From NCBI RefSeq assembly GCF_018350175.1, contig NC_058368.1:236842001-236906000 (forward strand): 64,000 nucleotides of DNA, written 5' to 3'. Shown here one piece after another: positions 62,291 through 64,000 of this stretch (position 1 is its first letter; every line of letters starts with the position of its first letter). The position numbers and the translations under genes were made by a program. The notes under the pieces are model-generated. The model was not told the DNA's origin and searched no databases. It saw nothing but the letters and a program-made list of their open reading frames with translations. Origin of the DNA: Felis catus (taxonomy: Eukaryota).

Positions 62291-64000
62291 ATGAGGCCTA
62301 AAATCCTTTGCTTCCTCAGAGTATGCCCAGTCAGGCCCCAGAGTGGAACAGCTGTATGTCGCCCCCTCCTTGGATATCTTCAGTAGTCCTGGACGGCCAT
62401 GCCTTCTCCTCAGTGTTAATTCAGCGACTATGTTTGCATCCAGTTACGTCCATACGGACGTAGCCTTGTTTCCCACAAGAGCTCAAGACAGCTTCGTCGG
62501 TCTTTCCAGCTTGGGAAGATGTGGCTCCACCTTCACGGGTTCTTGACCTCATGATTAGCCTACGGCAGTGCCCTCACTCTGACAGGACCGACTGATGTTC
62601 GCTCTCGCTTATTGATAGATCGCTCCCCTCACAATGGTTGATTCCCCCTTGTCCAGTTGGTTGAGGACCCCGAGGCCTCAGCGCAGTGAGGTCGGCCCCA
62701 GCTCCGCCACAGACTCCTCAGAGCTCGGTCCCGCCCCCTCTGGGGACAGGCCTCCTGCTTTTCCTGTGTCTGTTTGTGACGTCCCCTGATTGTGGGTGTG
62801 CCCTCCTTTCTCTCACCTGCACCCAAACCAGCCGCCTCTTTGAAAAGCGTAGGATCACCGTTGGTTTTCAAGGACTTCTTTTTGGTATTCTGCTCTTTCT
62901 CGAATTTTCTTCTTGGTGGGCTCACTGCTTTCTCCCTTGTTCACGTTCATGGCTTGTCAGGTGAGCACCAAACTCTTGTTACCTTCTGCTTTCTCTCCCT
63001 CTGTCCATTCTCCACCCATGACCTTAGTGATTGCTTTGCCCCAGTGAGCCAGAGTTGTCTTTTCTTGACCCCCTTTTAAACATCGTTTGCCTTTCGGGCT
63101 AATCACTCCGGGGAGCGTGTGAGCAGCAAAGGGGTTGTGCAGGAAGTGCCTCCCAGTGAGGGGGCTCTTCTCTTCCCCTGCGCAGGTCACTGTCCCCTAC
63201 CTACTGGGGACAAGCTGCCGCGCGGGCCATTCTCATTCACAAACCTTTAACGCATGCTCAACGTATACAGATTTTTAAACCTGAGTGATTTCACCCCCCT
63301 CGTCTTTCTTCCAAGTATTTTGCTCTCTTCTGCTCTTCGCAAACTTTGTATCTAAAGAGAAATTAGGATTGAAATGTGGACTAGATGAAACAAAACAAAA
63401 CCCACTTGGCCTGAGCGGAGCGCGAGCTGGGTGGTGCAACTGGTTTAGTGAGCTGACCTGGGCGGCTGAAGGCCCCGCTGTCCCTTTCGGCCTTTTTCCT
63501 CCTCTCCCAGAAGGGCAGATGCCGGAGCACTGCCTCTCAGCTGGGGCGTGTGTGTGTGTGGGGGGGGGGGGGGAGGGTGAGAGTCAATCATTAAGGTGGA
63601 AACTCGCCGATCCCCAAATTATACAGTAGATGCTGGCCCTAGAGCGGATCCCGAGGAAGGCAGGTATGAGACTTTGCTTTTCCCTCCCTGCCTGGATCGC
63701 CACCCTCGTACCCTGCAATCTTCCGGCCCACGGAGCCCACCAGGCAGCGTCTACACCTCCCGCTGACCAGTGTGGGGCGGCCGGGACAAAGGGCTCTTGA
63801 CTTCATGAAGACTGAGGAAGGGGCTGGATGTCCAACGTCCAGAGGGGGTGTTGCTGCTGGACCCCAGAGCGACCGGCACACCTCCCACTCAACGTCCCCC
63901 AGCCCTTTTCTGGAAGCTCCTTCTTAATCCCCCATGAGAGAGAAGGGAGAAACGTTTATTCTCTTTCCTTTCCTTTCCTTTTTAAGTCCTGATGTTTTCA

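Overview
Mammalian non-coding DNA from a cat-family genome. The evidence is about 14 tRNA-Lys-derived Can-SINEs of the feliform type (SINEC_Fc-like) and two carnivore L1 3' ends. I recognise no protein-coding exon, RNA gene or CRISPR array; the ORFs in the track are explained by high GC, SINEs and simple repeats. The first ~5 kb holds two CpG islands interleaved with AT-rich, homeodomain-site-rich blocks and a perfectly spaced Smad1/5-Smad4 BMP-response element. The rest is a GC/CpG-rich desert with old repeats (MLT1, MLT2, MER20, MER94, L2, MIR, L1M) and several repeat-free AT-rich islands that look like enhancers. This pattern suggests the regulatory flank of a developmental transcription-factor gene lying just outside the window; I cannot establish which gene from sequence alone. 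The most unusual structures are a ~1 kb degenerate 27-bp tandem array (61.3-62.3 kb), a head-to-head SINE pair around a ~320-bp AT tract (40.2-40.9 kb), a microsatellite-containing VNTR (27.5 kb) and an L1 insertion with an odd extra tail (28.7 kb). I found no evidence for a new biological system. Repeat subfamily names are from recalled consensus sequences, not a database search.
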